A program made the translations under genes and the position numbers. This document shows, piece after piece, positions 1 through 9,280 of a DNA stretch of 64,000 nt. Each line of letters opens with the position of its first letter. Within the stretch, counting starts at the first letter, position 1. The notes beneath the pieces are model-generated. The model saw nothing but the letters and a program-made list of their open reading frames with translations, made no database searches and was not told the origin of the DNA. The DNA is taken from assembly GCA_964620905.1 (NCBI GenBank), contig CAZUKA010000001.1, positions 583,646-647,645 on the forward strand, read 5' to 3'. This stretch comes from an uncultured Gammaproteobacteria bacterium (GTDB taxonomy: Bacteria; Patescibacteriota; Patescibacteriia; S139-126).

Positions 1-537
1 TGAAACCTTTTTTTCTGTACTCAAATTGTCATCAACTTGTCGCAGCGCTTCTCTAATCTCACCGGCCCGATAACCTAGACTCTCTAAAGCTTCAATCACT
101 TCACTGCTAACATTACTATCACCACTGGCAACAATACCAGCACCAATTTTTGATTTCAATTCTACCACTATCCGCTCGGCGGTTTTTTTGCCGATACCAT
201 TTACTTTCTGCAACAAACCCGGATCGTCATTGACTACGGCTTGTCTGATATCTTCAGGTTTAGCAGCTGCTAAAATATTGAGAGCTGATTTCGGTCCTAT
301 ACCAGAAATAGTGATGAGCAACTTAAAAAAATAGTACTGACTTTCACTCAGAAATCCAAACAAATCTATGGCGTCTTCTCTGACAGCTGTATAAACATAG
401 AATTCAACCTCCTGACCAATTACCGCCTTGGTTAAGGTATCGTTATCTACAAATACCTCATAGCCAACACCACCCACTAATACAGTAAGTGATCGTTCAC
501 CCGCCTTTTTTATTTGTCCTTGCAAATAAGAAATCAT
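1..537 (-). CDS. ruvA: Holliday junction DNA helicase RuvA (C-terminus runs off window start)
   Basis: Reverse-strand translation from ATG at 537: MISYLQGQIKKAGERSLTVLVGGVGYEVFV...GIGKKTAERIVVELK...EALESLGYRAGEIREALRQV; RuvA domain I/II/III pattern. Confidence 0.8.
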   Translation of the reverse strand, partial: MISYLQGQIKKAGERSLTVLVGGVGYEVFVDNDTLTKAVIGQEVEFYVYTAVREDAIDLFGFLSESQYYFFKLLITISGIGPKSALNILAAAKPEDIRQAVVNDDPGLLQKVNGIGKKTAERIVVELKSKIGAGIVASGDSNVSSEVIEALESLGYRAGEIREALRQVDDNLSTEKKVS

Positions 538-684
538 TGATTAGAATCAAATATAAAGTAGCTGGTATTAAGTATATAATATTTCGACACTTATTTCATC
601 TCTTACTTGACTAAGCTAATTATACTATTTAAACTTTACTAATTATTAGTTATTTACCAATTCACAATCAAACGGAGTTATCCA

Positions 685-1125
685 ATGAAATCAATAGCAA
701 AACTTATAAATGGCTATTTCCAATATAGATTTATTTTTACTTTTATTGCCTGCTTCTTTTTTACCCCGGCAATATTAATCGGTCGCGACAATCAAATATT
801 ATCCAACGGGGACATAATTATATTAATATTTCTTCCCTTATCAATAATGACTGTGGTTTTTATATTTGGTTTAGTGGGATTTTTAAATGAATATCGCTTG
901 CGAATTGTCCTGGGAAAAAGATTTTATCAATTTGATTCTTATTTGAAAAAAATATTTAAAAAGACAGCTTTGCTAATAATTGGCTTATTTATATCAATTT
1001 GCCTGCTGGCAATAATTAGGTTTTCTTTAAACCCATCTTTAGATAATCTAAATCTTTTAATCCCAGTGATCTTAACTATTATTTTAAAAAACTCGCTCAA
1101 AGATTTTGTTGCGATAGGCAACTGA
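685..1125 (+). CDS. hypothetical polytopic membrane protein
   Basis: 146-aa ORF, several hydrophobic segments, no recognisable motif. Confidence 0.3.
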   Translation: MKSIAKLINGYFQYRFIFTFIACFFFTPAILIGRDNQILSNGDIIILIFLPLSIMTVVFIFGLVGFLNEYRLRIVLGKRFYQFDSYLKKIFKKTALLIIGLFISICLLAIIRFSLNPSLDNLNLLIPVILTIILKNSLKDFVAIGN

Positions 1126-1196
1126 TAATCGGCCCAATATTATTTGGGCTTTTTTATTTTAACAAAGACGGTTATACTAACTAGACAAATAATTGC

Positions 1197-3176
1197 ATGA
1201 ATAAATTTAGACTCAAAGCCAATTTTCAACCAACTGGTGATCAACCTGCAGCAATCAAAAAGTTGCTAGTAGGGCTGAAGAAAAAAAATAGACACCAAAC
1301 CTTACTCGGGGTCACTGGTTCAGGTAAAACTTTTACTATGGCCAATATTATTGCCGCTACCAATCGGCCAACTTTGATTATCTCTCACAACAAAACCTTA
1401 GCTGCCCAACTGGCTAGCGAATTTCAAGATTTTTTTCCGCACAATGCCGTGCACTACTTTGTCTCCTATTATGATTTTTATCAACCTGAAGCTTATATAC
1501 CCCGCACCGACACTTACATTGAAAAAGAAACTCAACTCAATGAAGAAATAGACCGCCTCCGACATGCTTCCACCACAGCGCTGATGATGAGACGAGATGT
1601 AATTATCGTAGCATCCGTCAGTTGTATTTATGGTTTAGGTAATCCTAAGGAATATACTGATATAAAATTACCATTACAGGTAAAAAATAATTACAAACGC
1701 AATGAAATTCTGCGCTCGCTCCATGACATGCGCTATGAACGCAACGACCAAGAATTAAAACGTAATAGCTATACCGTCAAAGGAGAAATAATTGAAATTT
1801 ATCCTGCCTTTGCACTAGATAAATTTTGGCGACTTAAATTTTTTGGCAAAACCCTAGAAAAAATTGAAGAAATTGATTGGTTAACAAAAAAAATATTAAA
1901 TAAATTTTCCCAAATAGAAATTTATCCAGCTACTCACTACGTTGCTCCACCTGATAAAATGCAAGGGGTTACAAAAAAAATTCGTGATGACTTACGACAG
2001 CAATTGCATATCTTCAAAAAACAAAATCAACTGTTGGAAGCGCAGCGTTTGGAGCAACGTGTTAGTTTTGATTTGGAAATGATGGAAACAGTCGGTTATT
2101 GCAATGGTATAGAAAACTATTCCCGCTATTTCGATGGTCGAAAATTAGGTCAACCTCCATATACATTGCTTGATTATTTTCCCAAAGATTTCTTATTGTT
2201 TATCGACGAATCACATATGACCATCCCTCAAATTCGAGGTATGTATGAAGGAGATAAATCACGCAAACAAACTTTGGTGGATTTTGGTTTTCGCTTACCG
2301 GCGGCGTTGGACAATCGTCCTCTAAAATTTATTGAGTTTAACCAAAAAATAAATCAGGTAATTTATGTATCAGCTACACCTAGTGAATATGAAATATCTC
2401 AATCACAACAGCTAGTGGAACAACTTATCCGACCTACGGGTTTACTTGATCCCAGTATAGAAATAAAGCCAACTAACGGACAAATCGAAGATTTAATAAA
2501 GGAAATAAAAAAAAGAATCAATAAAAAACAACGAATTTTGGTTACAACTCTGACAAAAAGATTGGCCGAACAACTAGCTGAACATCTATTGGAGATGGGT
2601 ATCAAAACTCAATACCTGCATTCGGAAATAGATACTTTGGAAAGAGTAGAAATACTACAATCTTTGCGACGTGGCGAAGTTGACGTTTTGGTGGGTATCA
2701 ATCTGTTGCGCGAAGGCTTGGATCTACCAGAAGTATCACTGGTTGCCATTCTTGATGCTGACAAAGAAGGTTTCTTGCGCAGTGATGTTACTCTGATTCA
2801 AACCATGGGTCGAGCTGCCAGACACGTAGAAGGGCACGTGATTATGTATGCTGATACAATTACTGGATCTATGAAAAGAGCAATTACTGAAACCACTCGT
2901 CGCCGACAAAATCAACAAGTATACAATCAAAAACACAACATCACCCCTCAATCAATCCAAAAAAAAATCAAGACTTCCTTGCTTTCCGGCCTCAGATTAC
3001 AAGATACATCAGTTCCCAAAATTGATTTTACCAAATTGCCAAAAGATGAAATAAAATATCTTATCAACCAACTATCCGAACAGATGGAGATAGCTGCCCA
3101 AAACTTGGAATTTGAAAAAGCAGCTAAATTTAGGGATCAAATTGATGAGATAAAAAAATCAAAAAAAGCGCTTTAA
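1197..3176 (+). CDS. uvrB: excinuclease ABC subunit B
   Basis: 659 aa; Walker A GVTGSGKT, UvrB helicase motifs, C-terminal UVR domain (EFEKAAKFRDQIDEIK). Confidence 0.95.
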   Translation: MNKFRLKANFQPTGDQPAAIKKLLVGLKKKNRHQTLLGVTGSGKTFTMANIIAATNRPTLIISHNKTLAAQLASEFQDFFPHNAVHYFVSYYDFYQPEAYIPRTDTYIEKETQLNEEIDRLRHASTTALMMRRDVIIVASVSCIYGLGNPKEYTDIKLPLQVKNNYKRNEILRSLHDMRYERNDQELKRNSYTVKGEIIEIYPAFALDKFWRLKFFGKTLEKIEEIDWLTKKILNKFSQIEIYPATHYVAPPDKMQGVTKKIRDDLRQQLHIFKKQNQLLEAQRLEQRVSFDLEMMETVGYCNGIENYSRYFDGRKLGQPPYTLLDYFPKDFLLFIDESHMTIPQIRGMYEGDKSRKQTLVDFGFRLPAALDNRPLKFIEFNQKINQVIYVSATPSEYEISQSQQLVEQLIRPTGLLDPSIEIKPTNGQIEDLIKEIKKRINKKQRILVTTLTKRLAEQLAEHLLEMGIKTQYLHSEIDTLERVEILQSLRRGEVDVLVGINLLREGLDLPEVSLVAILDADKEGFLRSDVTLIQTMGRAARHVEGHVIMYADTITGSMKRAITETTRRRQNQQVYNQKHNITPQSIQKKIKTSLLSGLRLQDTSVPKIDFTKLPKDEIKYLINQLSEQMEIAAQNLEFEKAAKFRDQIDEIKKSKKAL

Positions 3177-3187
3177 GCGCTTTTTTA
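3161..3187. terminator. palindromic hairpin AAAGCGCTTTAAGCGCTTT flanked by A/T tracts (bidirectional intrinsic terminator)
   Basis: Perfect inverted repeat immediately after uvrB stop. Confidence 0.6.
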
Positions 3188-3264
3188 TAATTGACAATAC
3201 CAACAAACAATGATAGGTTGACTTAATTAATTCCTTAATAAACAACAAAAATCAGGAGATAATA

Positions 3265-3651
3265 ATGAATACACAGTTATTCTCAGTCAACAATTCTAAC
3301 GCTAAATGGCACAAAAAAATTTTTAGAGTCTCATTTATAGACCTAGCTTTAGGTACCATAATATTATTGATGGTGTTTATATTAAAATCCCTAAATATAC
3401 TTACTTGGTTCGAAAAATACCCTTTAGGAATGATTATCATTTCCATAGTAGCAGCATTTCTTTGCGGCACTTGGAGCGGATCAGCTTATGTCCGCAAACA
3501 AATACACTTCACTATTGCTTTTGTAGCCACCATCACTTTTCTAGTTTTGATTCCTCTAATGAATCTTTTAAGCAGTTTGTTATTTGTAGGACTCTACTTA
3601 ATTTTGTTTGGGCTGACTGCCTTGGAAACATTACTCTGTGATGAAAAATAA
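3265..3651 (+). CDS. hypothetical small membrane protein
   Basis: 128 aa, 3-4 hydrophobic helices. Confidence 0.3.
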   Translation: MNTQLFSVNNSNAKWHKKIFRVSFIDLALGTIILLMVFILKSLNILTWFEKYPLGMIIISIVAAFLCGTWSGSAYVRKQIHFTIAFVATITFLVLIPLMNLLSSLLFVGLYLILFGLTALETLLCDEK

Positions 3652-3653
3652 TT

Positions 3654-3680
3654 TAAAAAAAGCGCTTTAAGCGCTTTTTT
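3654..3680. terminator. second identical copy of hairpin AAAGCGCTTTAAGCGCTTT; overlaps folD stop codon
   Basis: Same 19-nt palindrome as at 3161-3187, between convergent genes. Confidence 0.6.
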
Positions 3681-4524
3681 TATTTCTCACTGACAACACT
3701 ATATTTTCCATCAGCTTAACCACCGTAATCGGACCAATCCCGCCGGGCACCGGAGTTAACAAGGCGGCTTTATTTTTTACTGAATCAATTTCAACATCTC
3801 CCCTCACTTTACCAGCTTGATAAGTCGTAGCTAAATCAATCACCACTGCTCCAGTTTTGATCATTTCACCGGTTATTAAGTTTGGTTTACCAACACCAGA
3901 AATAACAATATCAGCTTGTTTGGTAAACCTCGCTAAATCTTTGGTGCTTCTACCACAAACACTTAAAGTCACTGGACAATTCATAAAATAGGCAGCCAAA
4001 GGACGTCCAATTAATTCCCCCCGTCCAACTAAACAAACATGTTTACCATTTAGTTCAATATTATGGTCATTTAAAACTTCCAGCACAGCGCCAATAATCG
4101 GTGGCATAAAATAGAGTTCATTCATCAAAATTTTACCCAAAGAGAAATGCGACAAACAGTCAACATCGAACTCTGGCTTGATCTGATTGGCAATTTCACG
4201 CGTCTGTGACCACAATTTATTTGGCAATGGCAACTGAACGATCAAACCAAACAAATCTTTTTCCTGTTGTATTGTGTTTATCTTAGCAATTATAGCTTCA
4301 GTGGTGGTGTTAGCAGACATTTCATAAACATCACAAACTAAACCTAATTGTTTTGCAACTGCTTGTTTTTTACTAACATACATTTTGGAAGCGGCATCAT
4401 CTCCAACTAAAATCACTACCAATTTTATTGGTGTGGTTAAATTTAAATCTAGCAAATTTTGTTTTAATTCGGCTTGTAATTTAGCGGCGATTTTTTTACC
4501 ATCAACCAGTACGATATTAGACAT
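3667..4524 (-). CDS. folD: bifunctional methylenetetrahydrofolate dehydrogenase/cyclohydrolase
   Basis: 285 aa; motifs VILVGDDAASKMYV, GRSTKDL, PVPGGIGPITV typical of FolD. Confidence 0.9.
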   Translation of the reverse strand: MSNIVLVDGKKIAAKLQAELKQNLLDLNLTTPIKLVVILVGDDAASKMYVSKKQAVAKQLGLVCDVYEMSANTTTEAIIAKINTIQQEKDLFGLIVQLPLPNKLWSQTREIANQIKPEFDVDCLSHFSLGKILMNELYFMPPIIGAVLEVLNDHNIELNGKHVCLVGRGELIGRPLAAYFMNCPVTLSVCGRSTKDLARFTKQADIVISGVGKPNLITGEMIKTGAVVIDLATTYQAGKVRGDVEIDSVKNKAALLTPVPGGIGPITVVKLMENIVLSVRNKKSA

Positions 4525-4622
4525 AGTTTTGACTCCTTAGTACTATAATAATGATTAAGTCTTATAATATCATTTTATTATAATTTAGCCCTCATCAGCA
4601 AATAGTCATTAATCAAAAACCA

Positions 4623-5777
4623 GTGAAAAAAAATTATTCATCAAAAAAAGTGGCTATCTTTGGTGCTTTTGATATTATCCATCCTGGGCATATCCACTTA
4701 TTCAAACAAGCAGCTGCTCTGGGTGAAGTGATCGTAGTAGTTGCAAGAGATTCAACAATCGCCAAAGTCAAAGGCCAAACACCTTTTTATCCCGAAGCTA
4801 ACAGAGTGGCAACCTTAAAAAAAATTGATTGGCTGACAGAGGTTAGATTAGGACAGTCAGTCAATCCTTATGAAATTTTAAAAATTATTAAACCAGAAAT
4901 AATTCTCTTAGGACATGACCAAAAAATATTTATTGATCAACTACCTGAGGAATTAAAAAAAATAAATTTGCAGCCAAAGATTTTGCGCGCTCAACCGCTG
5001 GCTGAAAATTTTTTTAAATCTTCAAAAATTAGACCGGCCCTAGAAAATAATCAAGCTGGTTTTTTACTAATCAATAAACCAGCCGGTCTCACCTCGCATG
5101 ATATAGTCAATCAAGTAAGAAAAACATTAAACACCAAAAAAGTTGGCCATGCCGGCACATTGGATCCACTGGCTCAAGGGCTACTAATAATCGGTGTTAA
5201 AGAAGCAGTTAAAATGCTTTCTTGGTGGCACTATTTCACCAAAACTTATCAAGCACAACTGGTTTTTGGTAAAACCTCTGATACTTATGACGCTACGGGC
5301 CAAATAAAAAATATAACCACAAAAAAAATTTCCCAAGCTAAACTTGAACAAGCTCTACTGAACTTTATTGGTCAGCAAACCCAACAACCACCAATTTTCT
5401 CTGCCAAAAAAATAAAAGGGCAAAAGGCATACACTTTGGCTAGAAAAAATATAGCCGTTGAGCTACCTGAACAAACTGTTAAAATATACCAATCAAGACT
5501 AATTGATTTTTCTTGGCCAAATGCTGTTTGGAAAATTACTTGTAGCAGTGGAACATATATCCGCAGTTTAATTCACGATTTAGGACAAAATTTATCAACT
5601 GGTGCTATTATGACTGACTTAGTCAGATTGAAAATCGGCCCCGCCTCAATCAAATCATCAATCAAAGTTGAGAGTTTAAATAGCCACTACCCAACCCAAG
5701 GATACTTTTTATCACCACTATTTTTACTGGAAAAAATAAATGAATTATTTTTGGAAAATACTCAACTTAACTCTTGA
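4623..5777 (+). CDS. truB: fusion: RibL-like (archaeal-type FAD synthetase / HxGH cytidylyltransferase) N-domain + tRNA pseudouridine(55) synthase TruB domain
   Basis: N-term IFGAFDIIHPGHIHLF...VVARDSTIAKVKGQ...ILLGHDQ (nucleotidyltransferase HxGH). C-term LLINKPAGLTSHDIV...HAGTLDPLAQGLL (TruB catalytic Asp motif). GTG start. Confidence 0.7.
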   Translation: MKKNYSSKKVAIFGAFDIIHPGHIHLFKQAAALGEVIVVVARDSTIAKVKGQTPFYPEANRVATLKKIDWLTEVRLGQSVNPYEILKIIKPEIILLGHDQKIFIDQLPEELKKINLQPKILRAQPLAENFFKSSKIRPALENNQAGFLLINKPAGLTSHDIVNQVRKTLNTKKVGHAGTLDPLAQGLLIIGVKEAVKMLSWWHYFTKTYQAQLVFGKTSDTYDATGQIKNITTKKISQAKLEQALLNFIGQQTQQPPIFSAKKIKGQKAYTLARKNIAVELPEQTVKIYQSRLIDFSWPNAVWKITCSSGTYIRSLIHDLGQNLSTGAIMTDLVRLKIGPASIKSSIKVESLNSHYPTQGYFLSPLFLLEKINELFLENTQLNS

Positions 5778-5836
5778 TTTATTTTTTCTACCTTGCTATG
5801 ATACCTCTACTTATTTAGTTATTAATAATATTTACT

Positions 5837-6106
5837 ATGCCCAACAAACAATCAGCTGCCAAAGAATTACGTAAAGCAAAAATTCGTACTCAACGCAATT
5901 CCAGAGTAAAAAGCAACATCAAAACCCTTTTGAAAAAAATTGACAAGTCTTTAACTTCCGGTGATCAGACTAAATTGGACGAAATGCTAAAAAAGGTTCA
6001 ATCACTACTTGATAAAGCGGTTAAAACAAAGGTGATTAAAAAAAATAACGCCGCTAGAAAAAAATCACGGCTTTGGAAAAAAATAAATAAAACTACCAAG
6101 AAATAA
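5837..6106 (+). CDS. rpsT: 30S ribosomal protein S20
   Basis: 89 aa, MPNKQSAAKELRKAKIRTQRN... basic; S20 signature. Confidence 0.9.
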   Translation: MPNKQSAAKELRKAKIRTQRNSRVKSNIKTLLKKIDKSLTSGDQTKLDEMLKKVQSLLDKAVKTKVIKKNNAARKKSRLWKKINKTTKK

Positions 6107-6134
6107 AAAAATCCGCCGACTGGCGGATTTTTAT
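6104..6134. terminator. hairpin ATCCGCC-GACT-GGCGGAT + T-tract; bidirectional, overlaps holA stop
   Basis: Inverted repeat with flanking A- and T-tracts. Confidence 0.6.
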
Positions 6135-7093
6135 AAACCCAAAATAAACAAATCAAGTGCAGCCGCTGGTTCGGTTAAACCAGTTTTTAAACGGTAATCA
6201 ATCTCACTTAATTGTTGATAAATATCTTTAAGCTGTTTTAGGGTAAAATTTTTTACCACTGGCAAAGATTTCTGTACTACAAAAGGGTGCATTCCTAGTC
6301 TCGTTGCCATCTCGTTGCTGGTAAAAGTTTGTTTATCCAAAACATCTTTGATTAAAAGCAAAACTCTAAACTGCCAAACAATCCGGTTAAATATTTCTAA
6401 AACTTCTGTTCCCTTGACTAGTTGTTCCTCCAACAAACGCATGGCTTCGGGTTTATTTTTTTGTGATAAAAAATATAAAAATTCCCAACCATCACCGCTC
6501 AAACTATCTAGTGTCAAATTATAAACCATTTTACTATCAATCTCTGTTCCATCAGCGAATAAAACTAATTTTTGTATCTCATTGTCCAACTGCCATAAAT
6601 TATCACCGACTTGAGCAAATAAAATCTTGACTGCTACCGGCGCGATTTTACCGCCCAATTCAACCACTCGATCTTGCACCCACTTTTCCAACTGACGCTG
6701 ATTTAAATTATCATAAATTTGAACATAGTCCTGTTTATTTAAATATTTGAACAACTGAGTGTTTTTTATTTTTTTTAAACTATCAGCGGTTTGTATATTT
6801 TCCCACCACACTACCGTATGGTTGCTAACCTTATCTAGAACTTCTATAATTTGTTCTTGTAAATCTTTTTTTGGATGACGCACTAATAAATCACGCACCA
6901 GCACCAATCGTCCACGGCTAAATAATGATTGTGATAGAAGGCTTTGACGCCACTGTCCAATATCAAATTCTTCCCCATTGATCAAGGTTATACTCGAACC
7001 GCTAGTATCAACCTTTTGTCTGAACTTTTGTTTTAACTCATTTACTTTATGTTGAGCGCGCCAACTATCTGATCCGTAAATAAAAATAATCAT
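6131..7093 (-). CDS. holA: DNA polymerase III delta subunit (HolA-like)
   Basis: Start trimmed to internal Met (MIIFIYGSDSW...) so it does not overlap tRNA-Gly. Delta-subunit N-terminal pattern and length. Confidence 0.6.
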   Translation of the reverse strand: MIIFIYGSDSWRAQHKVNELKQKFRQKVDTSGSSITLINGEEFDIGQWRQSLLSQSLFSRGRLVLVRDLLVRHPKKDLQEQIIEVLDKVSNHTVVWWENIQTADSLKKIKNTQLFKYLNKQDYVQIYDNLNQRQLEKWVQDRVVELGGKIAPVAVKILFAQVGDNLWQLDNEIQKLVLFADGTEIDSKMVYNLTLDSLSGDGWEFLYFLSQKNKPEAMRLLEEQLVKGTEVLEIFNRIVWQFRVLLLIKDVLDKQTFTSNEMATRLGMHPFVVQKSLPVVKNFTLKQLKDIYQQLSEIDYRLKTGLTEPAAALDLFILGL

Positions 7094-7100
7094 ATAATTT

Positions 7101-7175
7101 GGAGCGGGTAGGGGGAATCGAACCCCCATCTTCAGCTTGGAAAGCTGTAATAATAGCCATTATACGATACCCGCT
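7101..7175 (-). tRNA. tRNA-Gly (anticodon UCC)
   Basis: Cloverleaf on reverse strand; acceptor GCGGGTA/TACCCGC, anticodon loop UUUCCAA, T-arm GGGGGTTCGATTCCCCC, CCA encoded. Confidence 0.8.
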
Positions 7176-7178
7176 TAA

Positions 7179-7255
7179 TGGTCGGGGTGAGAGGGCTCGA
7201 ACCTCCGACCTCCTGCTCCCAAAGCAGGCGCGCTAGCCAACTGCGCTACACCCCG
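7179..7255 (-). tRNA. tRNA-Pro (anticodon UGG)
   Basis: Reverse strand CGGGGTGTAGCGCAGTTGG...anticodon loop UUUGGGA...GGTTCGAGCC; CCA encoded. Confidence 0.85.
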
Positions 7256-7376
7256 ATAATTAAATTATAAAATATAAATTTTAAATTATAAATATTTATA
7301 ATTTAGTACAAATAAGTCCTAAATTCTAAAATCCAATTATATTTTTAGTATCTAGAATTTAGGACTTATGTTTTAG

Positions 7377-7451
7377 TGGTGCCGAGGGGCAGAATTGAAC
7401 TGCCGACGCAAGGATTTTCAGTCCTTCGCTCTACCACTGAGCTACCTCGGC
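7377..7451 (-). tRNA. tRNA-Phe (anticodon GAA)
   Basis: Reverse strand GCCGAGGTAGCTCAGTGGTAGAGC...anticodon loop CUGAAAA...GGCAGTTCAATTCTGCC; CCA encoded. Confidence 0.85.
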
Positions 7452-7572
7452 CCAAATAGAATTTTGAATCTTGAATATAGGATTTAGAATGTAAGATGAT
7501 AATTAAAAAAATTTATTACTGTGCTAAATCCTAATTCAATATTCTATATTCCAAATTCTATATTCTTACTAA

Positions 7573-7649
7573 TGGTGGGCATGGATGGATTCGAACCATC
7601 GACCTCGTCATTATCAGTGACGCGCTCTAACCAACTGAGCTACATGCCC
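7573..7649 (-). tRNA. tRNA-Ile (anticodon GAU)
   Basis: Reverse strand GGGCATGTAGCTCAGTTGGTTAGAGC...anticodon loop CUGAUAA...GGTTCGAATCC; CCA encoded. Confidence 0.85.
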
Positions 7650-7834
7650 CAACTTTATTTTGTAAACCAAATTACTTTGTTTTGCAAATTCAACCATAAC
7701 AAAAAAGTCTCAATTTGGCAAGATTTATCAATAATAGATAAAAATAAAGAAAAATTACTTAGTTACCAAATAAAAATCCTATCGTATATATAAAAGTGGG
7801 TGTATAATAAGTTTGTAATTATTAATCATCTTTT

Positions 7835-8818
7835 ATGGTGAACAAGGAAAAAATTAAAAAAATTTCCCTATCTGTAATGGCGGCCATCGGCGGGCTAGCC
7901 ATTATATTAGTAGTTTATAATCTTCTTTCTGGTGGTTTACGTTCCGGCATAAAAACAAATAAAATGTTATCAAGTTATGACTCAGTCGGTATGGGTAACT
8001 TGGGCCTGGCTCCAACTATGGATTCAGTCGGCATAGAAACCCGCCAGCTGACTGAAGGAACAACCGACAATCAGGATTATGGCGATAGCCAGTTGGCAGA
8101 AAGAAAAGTGACCAAAAATGGTGAATTAGAATTACTGGTTGAGAGCGCGGATAAGGTAGCACAAAAAATTTCTGACAAAACCAAACAGCTGGGTGGATTT
8201 GTTCAAAATTCAAATATTAGAGAAGTAGAAGCTGGGGTTAAATCAGGTACAATAATAATCAAAGTACCCTCTGATAAATTTGAAGAAGCCTTTAGGGCTT
8301 TTAAAGACTACGGGATTAAGGTGGAAAGAGAGATCACCAATAGTCAGGATGTAACTGAACGCTATATTGATTTGGAAGCTCAACTAAAAAACCTGCGAGC
8401 TGAAGAAGAACGCTATCTAGATGTGATGAGTCGCGCTTTTAGCGTCAATGATATTCTCCAAGTCTCTCAATATTTAAGTCGAGTCCGCGGACAAATTGAA
8501 AAAATTGAAGGTCAGCTAAAATATCTGGATCGGCAAGTGGAAATGTCCACTATCACCACTTATTTAACGGCTGAGGCAGAGGTTGAGATATTTGGTATTC
8601 GCTGGCGACCTTTGTATGAGATTAAAAAATCATTTCGCAATATGTTGGAGGGCTTACAAAACTATACCAATACCGCCATTGCTTTTATAATGTATTTGCC
8701 GGTACTACTACTTTGGATCGTATCAATCCTATTGATTGTGTGGGTGATTGTTAAAATTTTCCTGTGGTTAATAAGGAGATTTAGACGTAAAAAGGATAGA
8801 ATTCAAACTTTACAATAA
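7835..8818 (+). CDS. membrane-anchored coiled-coil protein (DUF4349-like)
   Basis: N-terminal TM, central coiled coil, C-terminal TM (LLLWIVSILLIVWVIV). Confidence 0.35.
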   Translation: MVNKEKIKKISLSVMAAIGGLAIILVVYNLLSGGLRSGIKTNKMLSSYDSVGMGNLGLAPTMDSVGIETRQLTEGTTDNQDYGDSQLAERKVTKNGELELLVESADKVAQKISDKTKQLGGFVQNSNIREVEAGVKSGTIIIKVPSDKFEEAFRAFKDYGIKVEREITNSQDVTERYIDLEAQLKNLRAEEERYLDVMSRAFSVNDILQVSQYLSRVRGQIEKIEGQLKYLDRQVEMSTITTYLTAEAEVEIFGIRWRPLYEIKKSFRNMLEGLQNYTNTAIAFIMYLPVLLLWIVSILLIVWVIVKIFLWLIRRFRRKKDRIQTLQ

Positions 8819-8820
8819 AT

Positions 8821-8852
8821 AAAAAAGAGAGGTTTATAACCTCTCTTTTTTA
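8821..8852. terminator. hairpin AGAGAGG-TTTATAA-CCTCTCT + T-tract
   Basis: Perfect 7-bp stem followed by TTTTTT. Confidence 0.6.
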
Positions 8853-8867
8853 TATTAAACTAATAGT

Positions 8868-9188
8868 ATGAATTTTTATGAATCTGTGTATCAAATTGTT
8901 CGCCAAATACCCAAAGGTCAAGTCATGACCTATGGCCAGATTGCTACCCTGATCAGTACACCCCGAGCTGCTCGCGTGGTAGGTTTTGCTCTGCGCGCAG
9001 CAATCAATAAAAACATCCCTTGGCAACGAGTGATAAATAGCCAAGGCATGATTAGCATCATAAATCCCCTGGCAACTAAAAAACTCCAAGCAAAACTCTT
9101 GCTTAATGAAGGCGTTCAAGTTAAAACCATTGACCACAATTACTTTGTTGATCTAAAAAAATATCTCTACCACCCCAAACTGTCCTAA
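8868..9188 (+). CDS. atl: alkyltransferase-like protein (ATL; MGMT DNA-binding domain with Trp replacing the active-site Cys)
   Basis: 106 aa; TYGQIATLISTPRAARVVG and PWQRVINSQG (PCHRV -> PWQRV), collinear with E. coli YbaZ/Atl. Confidence 0.8.
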   Translation: MNFYESVYQIVRQIPKGQVMTYGQIATLISTPRAARVVGFALRAAINKNIPWQRVINSQGMISIINPLATKKLQAKLLLNEGVQVKTIDHNYFVDLKKYLYHPKLS

Positions 9189-9221
9189 AAATTGATACTT
9201 AGCGTACCCAAAAAGACAGGA

Positions 9222-9250
9222 TTGACATTTTTGTCCACTTTTGCTAAGAT
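9222..9250 (+). promoter_or_regulatory. sigma70-like promoter TTGACA-17-TAAGAT followed by small hairpin ACCCT-AAAAAC-AGGGT + U-tract
   Basis: Consensus spacing; hairpin 9257-9272. Confidence 0.35.
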
Positions 9251-9280
9251 AGCAAAACCCTAAAAACAGGGTATTTTTTA

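Noticed and set aside
6131-7129. holA ORF start at 7129 as given in track
   Set aside because: That start would overlap tRNA-Gly (7101-7175). The internal Met at 7093 gives the typical delta-subunit N-terminus (MIIFIYGSD) and removes the overlap.
7521-7793. 90-aa ORF in track
   Set aside because: Overlaps tRNA-Ile on the opposite strand and AT-rich spacer. No RBS. It is spurious.
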